Assembly (NCBI GenBank): GCA_965197675.1
Contig: OZ240221.1
Location: 1,731,437-1,795,436, forward strand
Direction: 5' to 3'
DNA length: 64,000 nt
Source: Dehalococcoidia bacterium
GTDB taxonomy: Bacteria > Chloroflexota > Dehalococcoidia > Plut-88900
Shown here piece after piece: positions 55,496 to 64,000 of the stretch (position 1 is the first letter of the stretch; each line of letters starts with the position of its first letter). The notes beneath the pieces were generated by a model that did no database searches, had not been told where the DNA came from, and worked only from the letters and a program-made list of their open reading frames with translations. The position numbers were made by a program, and so were the translations under genes.

Positions 55496-57532
55496 TTAAC
55501 CTCCAGTCCGCTCAAGAGTCAGGTTGGCGTACGGGTCTACCGAAGCCTTCCATTCAGGGAAGATGACCGTGGTAGAGCCGTATTCTTCTATGACTGCCGG
55601 CCCACTTAGAGAGCTTCCTGGGCTCAATAGCTCTCGACTGTAAACTGGACAGTTGAGGAAGGAGCCTTTGAAATAAACCGAGCGCTCCTCTTTGAGGGCT
55701 TCTGACAGGACTCTCCCTCCAGCGCCCTCAGAGTGAAGCTTCGGCTTATCGAACTTACCAGAGGCGACCACTCTCAGATACACGATCTCGATGGTCATCT
55801 CCTTACGACTGTACCCGTAGGTTCGGTGGTAGATGTCGTGGAAGTCTCGTTCCATACCTTCTAGCTCGGACTTCAGGTCTACTGGAACTTCCAGCTGATA
55901 AGACTGACCCATGTACCTCATGTCGACAGAGTAGGCGATGTGTACCCTCTCATCGGGGAGACCTTCTTTCGTCAGTGCATCCCGGCCCTCTCCCTCCATC
56001 TCTTTCAGTAGGGTCTTGATCAAAGACAAGTCGGCCTCATGTAGCTCGGTAACATAGGTTCTGGCATAGTGGTGCTGCAAGTCTGTGGTCAGCAGGCCGA
56101 AGGCACAGGCGTTACCTGGGTGATTGGGGACCAAAACTCTATCTGCCCCAAGCTCTTCAGCTATGGGGATGGCGTACATGGGGCCTGCCCCGCCAATGGG
56201 GACGAGAGCAAAATCACGGGGGTCTAACCCTCGCTCTATTGATAGGGTACGGATGGCGCCGGCCATGTTGCTGATGGATATCTCGATAATGCCAGCCGCC
56301 AGTCGATTCTGGTCGGATATGTTTGCTTGCCGACCTAGTGATGATATCGCCTGCTCTGCCAGATCCTTGTTGAGGCGCAGGTTGCCTGCCAGTGGGGTAT
56401 CGACGGATAGATAGCCTAAGAGCAAGCTAGCATCGGTGACGGTGGCTTCTGAGCTTCCTTTTCCGTAGCTGGCTGGGCCTGGGTCTGCACCGGCGCTGCG
56501 AGGCCCTACTTTGAGACTTCCGTTTTCATCCACCCACCCGATGCTGCCACCACCCGTTCCAATTGTAATGATGTCTAGCTGAGGAGTCTTGATGGGTACG
56601 CCGGCAAAGAGCCTCTCCCTAGTTATGACAGGCTTCAGATTACGGGTTAGCGATACGTCGGTACTGGTGCCGCCCATGTCGTAGGTGATGATGTCCTCGG
56701 AGCCGATGGCCTCTCCAAGATGGACTCCCGCACTCACTCCAGCTGCAGGCCCTGATAACAGAAACCTGACGGGATAATCTGCCGCGCTGGCTTCCGTGAG
56801 TATGCTGCCACTGGAGGTCATATAGAATAGCTCGCCCTTGTATCCCTCGCTGCGAAGGAGGGATCCCAGCTTCTTCAGGTAGCTTCCCACCAGCACCTCC
56901 ACGTAAGCGTTGAGGATGGTGGTAGCCCATCTTTCAAACTCTCGGAACTCCGGCACGACCTGGGCTGATTCGGATACGGGAACCCATGGGAGGTGTTGTC
57001 TGATCAGCTCTGCGGCTCGATGCTCGTGGTCTGGGTTGGCGTATGAGTTCACGAAGCATACCGCCGCGGATTCGATTTCCTCTCTCTTCATTTCATCGAT
57101 AATGGACTCTATATCTTCGTCTCGGAGATCATTCAACACTGCCCCGCTGTATAGGACTCTCTCGTCGACCTCGTAGCGAAGACGCCGAGGAACATAAGGC
57201 TCTGGACGCTGCCAACGGATGTTCCACAATCCTTGCTCGGAATATCGCCTCAGCTGTCCGTATTCGATGACGTCTCTGTGCCCCTTGGTTACCAGAACGG
57301 CCGTCTTGGCGCCTTTCCTCTCGACTACGGCGTTGGTGGCTATGGTGGTGCCATGTACTATCATTCGCACATCTCGGAGGTCCAACTCCATCTCACCCAG
57401 GCCCTGCATAAAGGCCTGGGTCGGGTCAGAGGGGGTCGAGGGGACTTTATAGACCTTGAGTTGGTTGGTCTGCTCGTCGAAAACAACGAAGTCGGTGAAG
57501 GTTCCGCCGGTATCAACTCCGATGTTCAGCAA
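55496..57532 (-). CDS. hyuA: Hydantoinase A / oxoprolinase A / caprolactamase-alpha-like protein.
   Basis: 678 aa. 'MLNIGVDTGGTFTDFVVFDE' and 'YDMGGTSTDVSL' are present. Confidence 0.85.
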   Translation of the reverse strand: MLNIGVDTGGTFTDFVVFDEQTNQLKVYKVPSTPSDPTQAFMQGLGEMELDLRDVRMIVHGTTIATNAVVERKGAKTAVLVTKGHRDVIEYGQLRRYSEQGLWNIRWQRPEPYVPRRLRYEVDERVLYSGAVLNDLRDEDIESIIDEMKREEIESAAVCFVNSYANPDHEHRAAELIRQHLPWVPVSESAQVVPEFREFERWATTILNAYVEVLVGSYLKKLGSLLRSEGYKGELFYMTSSGSILTEASAADYPVRFLLSGPAAGVSAGVHLGEAIGSEDIITYDMGGTSTDVSLTRNLKPVITRERLFAGVPIKTPQLDIITIGTGGGSIGWVDENGSLKVGPRSAGADPGPASYGKGSSEATVTDASLLLGYLSVDTPLAGNLRLNKDLAEQAISSLGRQANISDQNRLAAGIIEISISNMAGAIRTLSIERGLDPRDFALVPIGGAGPMYAIPIAEELGADRVLVPNHPGNACAFGLLTTDLQHHYARTYVTELHEADLSLIKTLLKEMEGEGRDALTKEGLPDERVHIAYSVDMRYMGQSYQLEVPVDLKSELEGMERDFHDIYHRTYGYSRKEMTIEIVYLRVVASGKFDKPKLHSEGAGGRVLSEALKEERSVYFKGSFLNCPVYSRELLSPGSSLSGPAVIEEYGSTTVIFPEWKASVDPYANLTLERTGG

Positions 57533-57652
57533 TTACTGTCCCACCTGAGAAGAGATTTCTTGGGTATGGTTTTGGTCGCCCACGACTTGGCATAGGGTAG
57601 CATTCTGAGTTTTTCCTGTATAGGCCACTCTGGATGTGATTAGCGGTGTCCA

Positions 57653-58876
57653 TCATGACTGAGGCTGCTGCTGGCATCTTCTGAGCCACATGGCCATACC
57701 TGTGGGTATCATGAAAGCTGCAAATAGGAAGGAGGTGATCATGGCTAGAGTCAGATCGCCGCTGACCTCCTGCACAAACCCTACGATTATTGGCCCAACT
57801 GCCATTCCTGAGAACATGCTGGTCAGAACGAAGCCGGATCCCAAAGCTATTTCCCTTGGGTTCTGATGCGGCAGCTCGAAGGGTATGGTAAAGATGATGG
57901 GGTTGAACGCCCACGCCAGCCCGTGAATGATGCTCAAAGCTATCAGCGCCGGGAGTGAGTCGGTGAGGACCAATCCTATAGCCGACGTAACCAGCACTAT
58001 GGGTGATACAAGCAGAAGCGGCTTCCTCACGTCTCTCTTGACTATGTAAAACGCTACCGCTATACCGCCGCAACCTGTCATAAACCAAGCAAGGGCTTGA
58101 AGGAGTCCGGATGTGATGAGCCCGATGTCATACTTGTCCAGCATCAGGGTAGGCCAGAACGTGACCAATCCACCCCATAAGATGTTGGCGGAGAAGAGGG
58201 TCAGACCGCCGTACCACAGCTCTTTGTGCTTGAACACGTTTGCTATGGAGACCCCTTCCTCTGATCGGTCGCCTTCGACACGATCCATCCTTTTTCCCTC
58301 TTTGGCCCCGATCACCCACATGGCGGCAACGACGGCATAGGCGATAGCATATATGTAGAAGGCTCCCCGCCAACTATCATTCAACAGTATCAATATGAAC
58401 GGGGTTAAAAGGAAGCTTAGTGTGTCGGCGAGATAGATCATGCCCTGAAGGAAGCCATTGGCTACCATTACCTCTCTGGGTGGAAACCACTGTGTTATGA
58501 GAAGGGCTCGTGCAGGCTCTCGGGCCACCATTACTATGCCGAACACGACCCTCCACAGAAGCAACATAATGAATCCCTGGGCCCAACCTTGTAATGCGAC
58601 GCATCCCACTCCCAGTATCACTGTTACCGATGTGAGGATTCGAGCATTGAACCTGGAAAACCATAGGCTCATGGGCAGGGTAAGGGCTAAGTTGCCGATG
58701 AATACTGAGGAACCCAACCAGCCTTGCTCTGTGGGGGATAGATCGAGGTCCTCGGTGATGGCAGGAAGCAGTAGCCCAATACACAGGACTATCAGGATTC
58801 CGATAGTATAAGTACTGCCGAGCAGCCCCAACACTACGTATCGGTATGAGCTGGGTGTGGTTTCAGAGTGGTTCAT
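57653..58876 (-). CDS. MFS transporter.
   Basis: 407 aa. It has 12 predicted hydrophobic helices, with a 'RFNARILTSV' loop after the second TM helix. Confidence 0.75.
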   Translation of the reverse strand: MNHSETTPSSYRYVVLGLLGSTYTIGILIVLCIGLLLPAITEDLDLSPTEQGWLGSSVFIGNLALTLPMSLWFSRFNARILTSVTVILGVGCVALQGWAQGFIMLLLWRVVFGIVMVAREPARALLITQWFPPREVMVANGFLQGMIYLADTLSFLLTPFILILLNDSWRGAFYIYAIAYAVVAAMWVIGAKEGKRMDRVEGDRSEEGVSIANVFKHKELWYGGLTLFSANILWGGLVTFWPTLMLDKYDIGLITSGLLQALAWFMTGCGGIAVAFYIVKRDVRKPLLLVSPIVLVTSAIGLVLTDSLPALIALSIIHGLAWAFNPIIFTIPFELPHQNPREIALGSGFVLTSMFSGMAVGPIIVGFVQEVSGDLTLAMITSFLFAAFMIPTGMAMWLRRCQQQPQS

Positions 58877-59405
58877 TAAAGCTGTGCCGAGATCCGGAGA
58901 AAGGCCTAGGGTTCCAAAGTCAGCAGGTATTGTACACGTACGTCTGCTCCTGTCTGAGGACTGGGATTATGCACGGAGATATCATCGATACCATTTCCTG
59001 AACATACCTTTAGGATGCTAAAAGTCTTTGTCGGCTTTCTTTCCGCCTCAACTCTATCACGAGCTTATCAAATGAAGGGAGGTCTATGACGGATGAGATT
59101 CGTCGTTAGGAAGATACGGCGCCTGGCCAAGCGCGACTCTGGCTTCACCTTATAGAGTGCTGGCAGTTGTAGACGTCCACGTGGCGAACCAGGGGGGTTA
59201 CCACAGGTCAACCAAAGTCCCGGTAGTAGACGTGTCGATCAGCGACTTCTCGGCTTCTACTCGTGTCTTGGGACCGGAGACCTGTGGCTGCCTGCTAGAT
59301 TACACGCTGAAGCACCTCTACTGTTGAGACATGTCCGGACTGTTCACCAAATTGAACATTACCGCAACGGTAGACTGACTACCACTAGCCCAGTGTCTGT
59401 ATAGG

Positions 59406-59750
59406 TCAGTGGAACTCGGGTTCGATTTCTATGTAGATCTTTATCTCGTCTTCCAGATCTTTTCTCGATCCTCTGAGGAAGGGCATGGTGATGAGCCCTC
59501 CTCCCAACATATTCGCTATAACGCTCAAGCTGTACGAGGGAACCAATCCCGTAAACACGAACTCCGTTCCTTGGTCTGTACGTTTTAGTTTAATGCCTAC
59601 GCCTGTCCACCCGCTCTTCTTCACTATAAAGTCTCTGGTTAGCAAGTTAGTTTCGTATACCTCATGGGTGCCGGTGAAGCGTTCTCTGAAGAGGCTCACC
59701 ACTCTTTTCTTAGTCAGCCCTGGACGGGCCAGCACTGTCATTGTAGACAT
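59406..59750 (-). CDS. Hypothetical small protein.
   Basis: 114 aa. It is directly downstream of the VWA protein on the same strand. No recognisable motif. Confidence 0.35.
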   Translation of the reverse strand: MSTMTVLARPGLTKKRVVSLFRERFTGTHEVYETNLLTRDFIVKKSGWTGVGIKLKRTDQGTEFVFTGLVPSYSLSVIANMLGGGLITMPFLRGSRKDLEDEIKIYIEIEPEFH

Positions 59751-59813
59751 GGAAACATCCTTTTCTGAATATTATCAACTGACAACTTAGCTAGCATAGG
59801 GCTGATCATCCAG

Positions 59814-61427
59814 CTATCGGAAGAAGGGGAATACGGGGAAGAATAAGCGTCCTATTATTGTGACGACTCCCAGAGACCCGATTCCTATCAGGACCCATGC
59901 CCACCAGCTAATACCATCGCTTGGTTCCTCTATAACTGGGGCTGGTGGAGGAATAGGTGTAGGAGTTGGCTCCGGCGTAGCTGTCGGAACGGGAGTCGAA
60001 GTTGGTGTTGGGGCTGGGGTAGGGGTAGAGGTAGAGGTAGGGGTAGGTGTGAGGACAGGAACCGGAACCACTGTGAAAGCTAGAGTCGTGGAGTTGTTGT
60101 CCAAGTTAGGATCACTAATCTGGCCCGAAAGCACTTCGACGTGGGTGGCAATCACTCTGCCGCCCATGCCGATCATAGTTTGGGCTGTAACCTCCAGAGT
60201 TGCGCTGGTCCCGGGAGGCAAGGCTCCAACTCTCCACTCTCCTGAATTGCTGTCCAAAGTTCCCAGGCTGGGCGCGCTATGTAGGATTGTTAAATCGGGG
60301 ACAGGAATGCCGCTAACCGTGACTCCGGCAGCCGGGTGTGGTCCCAGATTAGTGACTTCGACCTCGTATACTATGCTGTCCCCCTCGGTTATCCGACCTG
60401 TGCCGACGACCTCGGTTATAGCAAGATCAGCTGCAGGAATTGGTGGAGGCGGAGCGTCGTAGACCACCTGATTGTCGCTGCTGGTAGATGCCAGATTTCC
60501 CCTGCCTATAGAGTTGACGGCAGCCCCTGCGCGCACCGATGCGATAACCGTACCATTGTCCCCCAATCCACCGATGGCAACCTCATAGGTGACCGGCCCT
60601 CCCGATACTGTAGCGATGGTTGCACCTGATGTTCCAGTTAGGATCACGTCGGCGCTGTCGAAACCGGTCACGTCCTCGCTGAATACCACGGTGAATAGTA
60701 CGGGTGAGGCATTGGTGGGGTCTGCTTGAGTTGATGACTGATTGATGATGACGGTTGGGGTGGGGCAGGCCTCCCCTGCAATCATTCCGATATCAGCAAC
60801 CAGTTGGGCGAAATCATCCACGCTGAAGACGTGGTCTATGTCGGGATCGGTGGCGATAGCGTTGAGAGTGGAGGTACTTACGTCTCTTCCGACTCCGACC
60901 ACGAAGACTTCCGCTCCAGTAGCCATCGAGGCTGCCTCGACATCCTGCAAACTGTTGCCTTGGTTATCGTTACCATCGGTGATGAATATAATTACGTCTG
61001 TGGTCGTGGGTCGTTCACCCAAGCCTGTGGTGAACTGCTCCGAGGCGCCTTCGAGACCTCTGACGATGTTGGTGAATGGAGCCAGCTCCTGGCCCCCTCG
61101 CACCAGTCCATCTATGCCTGCCTGCAGCATGGTCCGCTGGTCAGTCATCTCTACCACTGAACCACTGCCGCCTAGAAACTTGGTAATGGCCATGACAACT
61201 CCCGTGCTGGAGTCTAGGTCGAAGGCCTCTACTATGGCGCTGGCCGCCTGCTTGAGATCGGCCAACTCTGCGGCATTAATGCTTTCGCTGTTGTCCAAGG
61301 CCAGCACTACATCGGCAAGACCTATACACGACGAGGCAGCATACACGCTTTTAGCATGATGGGAGTTCAGTGGAAATACCAGAATAGCTGGTAAGAGCAG
61401 TAGGAGAGCAAAAATAACTCGGGTCAT
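59814..61427 (-). CDS. Secreted, membrane-anchored VWA-domain protein with DUF11-type repeat domains and a Pro/Thr-rich stalk.
   Basis: A signal peptide is followed by the MIDAS motif 'LALDNSESI' (VWA). Two beta-sandwich repeats ('VTYEVAIGGLGDNGT', 'YEVEVTNLGPHPAAGVTVS') follow. 'TPTPTSTSTPTPAPTPTSTP...' precedes a C-terminal TM helix. Confidence 0.7.
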   Translation of the reverse strand: MTRVIFALLLLLPAILVFPLNSHHAKSVYAASSCIGLADVVLALDNSESINAAELADLKQAASAIVEAFDLDSSTGVVMAITKFLGGSGSVVEMTDQRTMLQAGIDGLVRGGQELAPFTNIVRGLEGASEQFTTGLGERPTTTDVIIFITDGNDNQGNSLQDVEAASMATGAEVFVVGVGRDVSTSTLNAIATDPDIDHVFSVDDFAQLVADIGMIAGEACPTPTVIINQSSTQADPTNASPVLFTVVFSEDVTGFDSADVILTGTSGATIATVSGGPVTYEVAIGGLGDNGTVIASVRAGAAVNSIGRGNLASTSSDNQVVYDAPPPPIPAADLAITEVVGTGRITEGDSIVYEVEVTNLGPHPAAGVTVSGIPVPDLTILHSAPSLGTLDSNSGEWRVGALPPGTSATLEVTAQTMIGMGGRVIATHVEVLSGQISDPNLDNNSTTLAFTVVPVPVLTPTPTSTSTPTPAPTPTSTPVPTATPEPTPTPIPPPAPVIEEPSDGISWWAWVLIGIGSLGVVTIIGRLFFPVFPFFR

Positions 61428-61636
61428 GTAGGCGCCCTACACTAGAGGTTGGGAACTGCTAGCTTCTATCTAACACCTCGCGGCACTTCCTGGAAACCAC
61501 ACCTCCCACCGAGCTTGTCATTGCGTTTAAAGTAGCACATCATTTGTAACATTGCAATACTAGTTTTGTACCTGTTTTAAAGATTCAGACCTCTTGTAAT
61601 CTGTGTATTATTGTATGGTGGAGAGGCTGCGTAAGT

Positions 61637-62305
61637 ATGCTTAACATTGCTCACAGGGGCTATACCAAGCAATTCCCGGACAATACCCTGGAGGCCTTTC
61701 AAGCAGCCATCGAATTGGGTGTTGATGTGGTCGAATGCGATGTCAGAGAGACGATAGACCACGGATTCGTGATTTTCCACGAGCCGGAGCTACAGGGCGT
61801 TGACATCGGTGAAATGTCGCTAACCGATGTTAGGGAAATTAGGCTGCACGATGAATACGCAATTCCTACTCTGGAGGAAGCTCTTGCTCTTCTCAAAGAT
61901 CACGTTGGGCTGATCCTGGATTTAAAGGATTTGGAGTCTCTGGATTCACTACTTGAAATCTTGAGGGCGGAGGTGAATCCTGATAGAGTTGCGTTCGGAT
62001 CTTTCAATACCCAGCTATTACGGGAGCTTTCTTACAAGGCTCCCGAGTTCAGAAGAGGGCTAATCCTGGAGCGAGTTGAAAGTGATCCAATCGAGGTGTT
62101 GGAGTCGGTTCGTTGCCAAGCCATTGGGGTTAGCTTTCCTCACGTAACCGAAGACCTGATCGAAAGAGTGCACTCAGGCGGGCGCATGATCTTCGTGTGG
62201 GGTTGCGAGACTGAAGACGATGTCGAGAAGGCGGTAAAGCTGCCCATTGACGGAATAGTGTCTGATGTTCCGGACATGGTTAAACTAGAGTTAGCAAAGC
62301 GATGA
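61637..62305 (+). CDS. Glycerophosphodiester phosphodiesterase family protein.
   Basis: 222 aa. 'MLNIAHRGYTKQFPDNTLEAFQAAIELGVDVVECDVRET' is the GDPD catalytic His/Arg/Glu/Asp motif. Confidence 0.85.
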   Translation: MLNIAHRGYTKQFPDNTLEAFQAAIELGVDVVECDVRETIDHGFVIFHEPELQGVDIGEMSLTDVREIRLHDEYAIPTLEEALALLKDHVGLILDLKDLESLDSLLEILRAEVNPDRVAFGSFNTQLLRELSYKAPEFRRGLILERVESDPIEVLESVRCQAIGVSFPHVTEDLIERVHSGGRMIFVWGCETEDDVEKAVKLPIDGIVSDVPDMVKLELAKR

Positions 62306-62329
62306 TGCCGTCTCGTACCTTGGCGGAAC

Positions 62330-63349
62330 CTAAATGATTATGAGGATGATACCCGCAAATATGGCCGTTATGCCTATCAGCGTCTTTGGTCTCAAGGTCT
62401 CACGCAAAATCAGAACCGATAACATCGCCAGGATCGGCATCTGAGTGTTGGTAAGCACAGTTGCTATGGCCAGTCCCACTTTCTCTATCGCAACTAAGTA
62501 GAGAAGACTGCCGAATCCATAAATGACGCTTCCGTTGGCAACTGCCAATAGCAGAGTCACTGGTTTCTCTCCTAACAATTTCCTTTGACGCTCTGTACTC
62601 GTCGCACTTTCACTCTCAGAGCCGAGGACAGGTTGAGTTAGTACCCTTCCCTGCTTGGAACAATCGGTTGAAGTCGGATTGACGGCAGAAGAGTCGTGAC
62701 TATCGGGGGGATTAATCAGTAGTTTGTTCACCCCTAGAATGACTAGACAGAGGCTGAAAAGGCTTGCAACAGCAAGCCTTACCGAGTTCACTAAGAATGG
62801 GTCCACTTCCTCGACGGCTATTCCCTGTAGTGTAAAGCCTCCCGCCCACAGCAATGACGCCGTTAGTAGAAGGCTCATACCTTTAATCCCCAACCAGGGC
62901 GCCTGATGAAGGGCTGCTGTACCTCTCTGCGCAAAGCTGAGGAGATAGGCCCCGATGATTACGCTGACAATTCCTGCCAGGGCCAATGCAGATGGCGATT
63001 CTCTCAAAAGAAAGATTCCAGATAGCACGGTCAAAATAGCGTAAAGTCCATTTGCCGTAGGAAATGCTTTGCTTACGTCGACGAAGCGAAGCACCAGTAG
63101 GTACAGAGGCAACCCCAACCCCGTATTGAGGATTCCTCCGACTATCCCTATAGAAATATAACTCAGATTTACATTGGCCAGATCATCTAACTTGCCCAAG
63201 GCGCCAGCTATCACAAAGCCGAGCAACGCTCCGCCCATGCTGCTTAGGGCCGCGAGCGTGATAGGCTTGACCCTCGCTGTTAGCAGCTTATCGTTAATGG
63301 AGGTGATACCAAATGTTGCAGCAGCGGCAAGCGCAAGTAGTTCACCCAC
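62330..63349 (-). CDS. DMT-superfamily (EamA-like) transporter.
   Basis: 339 aa. Ten hydrophobic helices arranged as a duplicated EamA topology. Confidence 0.7.
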   Translation of the reverse strand: MGELLALAAAATFGITSINDKLLTARVKPITLAALSSMGGALLGFVIAGALGKLDDLANVNLSYISIGIVGGILNTGLGLPLYLLVLRFVDVSKAFPTANGLYAILTVLSGIFLLRESPSALALAGIVSVIIGAYLLSFAQRGTAALHQAPWLGIKGMSLLLTASLLWAGGFTLQGIAVEEVDPFLVNSVRLAVASLFSLCLVILGVNKLLINPPDSHDSSAVNPTSTDCSKQGRVLTQPVLGSESESATSTERQRKLLGEKPVTLLLAVANGSVIYGFGSLLYLVAIEKVGLAIATVLTNTQMPILAMLSVLILRETLRPKTLIGITAIFAGIILIII

Positions 63350-63571
63350 GAAGGTACCTTTGATAGAGAAGCTTTGACGTCAAGTGGAAAACCATGTCGG
63401 TTCATCTTACTAAGTTTATACATAGTATGTGAATGATAAAGAGAGCGGTGAACCGTATCACAAAATTGACATCACCGGGTTCTCAACGTAGACTTTGACT
63501 GTCCTGGCTCCATGCTTCTAAGACTCCACCTCACTGGGGGTCTGCTGAGTCGGCGACAGGCGGGAGTGCTC

Positions 63572-64000
63572 ATGTCGAAGAACGGCTTCAAGGTTATGGA
63601 CTCGGATATGCACGTTATGGAGCCTATAGACCTGTGGGACCGTTACATGAAGCCTAAATTCAGAGATCGTGCACCCAGGCCTACCTACAGCTACTTCTTA
63701 GACCAGCGGATGGAGCATGAAGGGAAGGTCATCTCTCGTTCTCAGGTCAGCTTCGATAACTATAGCGTACTGCCTACCGAGATGATGACCGACCGTTACG
63801 GTAACCTGGACCAGCTCAAGAAGCACCAAGAGCGCGGATGGGGACCGGACGTACAGCTGGAAGCTATGGATGCCGAGGGTGTGGATGTGGCGATTCTGTT
63901 TCCAGGACTTGCACTAAGCGCACTTGGTAAAGAATACGACGACGATGATCTGGCCGCAGATGTCGCCAGGGCTTATAACGATTGGATGGCCGACTTCTGT
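63572..64000 (+). CDS. Amidohydrolase-2 family protein, 5' partial (it runs off the window).
   Basis: 'MSKNGFKVMDSDMHVMEPIDLW...' matches the N-terminal pattern of the other four amidohydrolase-2 paralogs. Confidence 0.7.
   Translation, partial: MSKNGFKVMDSDMHVMEPIDLWDRYMKPKFRDRAPRPTYSYFLDQRMEHEGKVISRSQVSFDNYSVLPTEMMTDRYGNLDQLKKHQERGWGPDVQLEAMDAEGVDVAILFPGLALSALGKEYDDDDLAADVARAYNDWMADFC

Noticed and set aside
57513-58088. 191-aa minus-strand ORF overlapping the start of the MFS transporter and the end of hyuA. A similar 407-aa versus 135-aa pair of overlaps occurs at 58128-58811.
   Set aside because: They are alternative frames within the MFS transporter gene. The MFS frame has clear 12-TM hydrophobic periodicity and the others do not.
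59395-59430. 'GGGTTCGATTTC', resembling a tRNA T-arm.
   Set aside because: It is part of the coding 3' end of ORF 59406-59750 (it reads ...IEIEPEFH* on the minus strand). No acceptor or anticodon arms are present.
1-64000. CRISPR arrays, rRNA and tRNA genes.
   Set aside because: No regularly spaced short direct repeats were found; the repeats present are irregular mosaic modules. Only the 5' third of the window was checked for the tRNA T-arm consensus (GGTTCGAATCC and similar), with none seen, and no rRNA-like conserved blocks were recognised.

Overview
This is a gene-dense window of about 55% GC with three distinct parts. The 5' end (1-9.4 kb) looks like a mobile/defence island. The middle part (9.4-36 kb) is mixed housekeeping and transport, and it contains a previously unclassified family of recurring non-coding modules in its intergenic regions. 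The right part (36-64 kb) is an enzyme-rich catabolic island. Gene content suggests, but does not prove, a marine heterotroph specialised on recalcitrant amide, lactam or ureide compounds, in the style of SAR202/Chloroflexota. Only the 5' third was checked for tRNA-like sequence and none was seen there; no rRNA was recognised. No CRISPR array was recognised.

The defence island (1-9.4 kb) contains:
- a 2TM protein at 50-556;
- a beta-class DNA methyltransferase fused to an Mrr-like PD-(D/E)xK domain at 568-2163;
- an IS1595-family transposase at 2273-3148;
- a PcrA/UvrD helicase and a thiolase;
- a Type II restriction-modification pair: a Dam-like SPPY methyltransferase plus an NgoMIV-family (CCGG) endonuclease broken by a -1 frameshift in an A6 tract;
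- a HigA-like antitoxin remnant.

The middle part (9.4-36 kb) contains:
- an alpha-carbonic anhydrase, a phosphotriesterase-like enzyme and a CoA-transferase;
- four LLM flavin oxidoreductases, two of them tandem;
- a compact Kv channel and a YihY membrane protein;
- a protein built from 22-residue tandem repeats;
- tandem orphan ABC substrate-binding paralogs, plus a cyclase, a Liv-type binding protein, VOC proteins and an amidohydrolase;
- a FrnE/DsbA-like gene whose catalytic CPWC cysteine codon is an in-frame TGA, making it a selenoprotein candidate, next to msrB;
- a 5'-3' exonuclease.

The non-coding modules in this part are:
- a ~300-nt element present three times, two of them in a 484-bp tandem duplication;
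- a palindromic 'TTCCCGTG..CACGGGAA' hairpin present at least eight times;
- 'CCGCTCA..TGAGCGG' words, 'TCAATCAAGTT' iterons and a GNRA hairpin module.

The catabolic island (36-64 kb) contains:
- three HyuB and two HyuA hydantoinase/oxoprolinase-family genes;
- five amidohydrolase-2 genes and two PuuE-like deacetylases;
- an arginase-family ureohydrolase, a class-III aminotransferase, a crotonase, a PPOX-like protein and a threonine-synthase-like PLP enzyme;
- an MFS transporter, a VWA/DUF11 surface protein, a GDPD and an EamA transporter.
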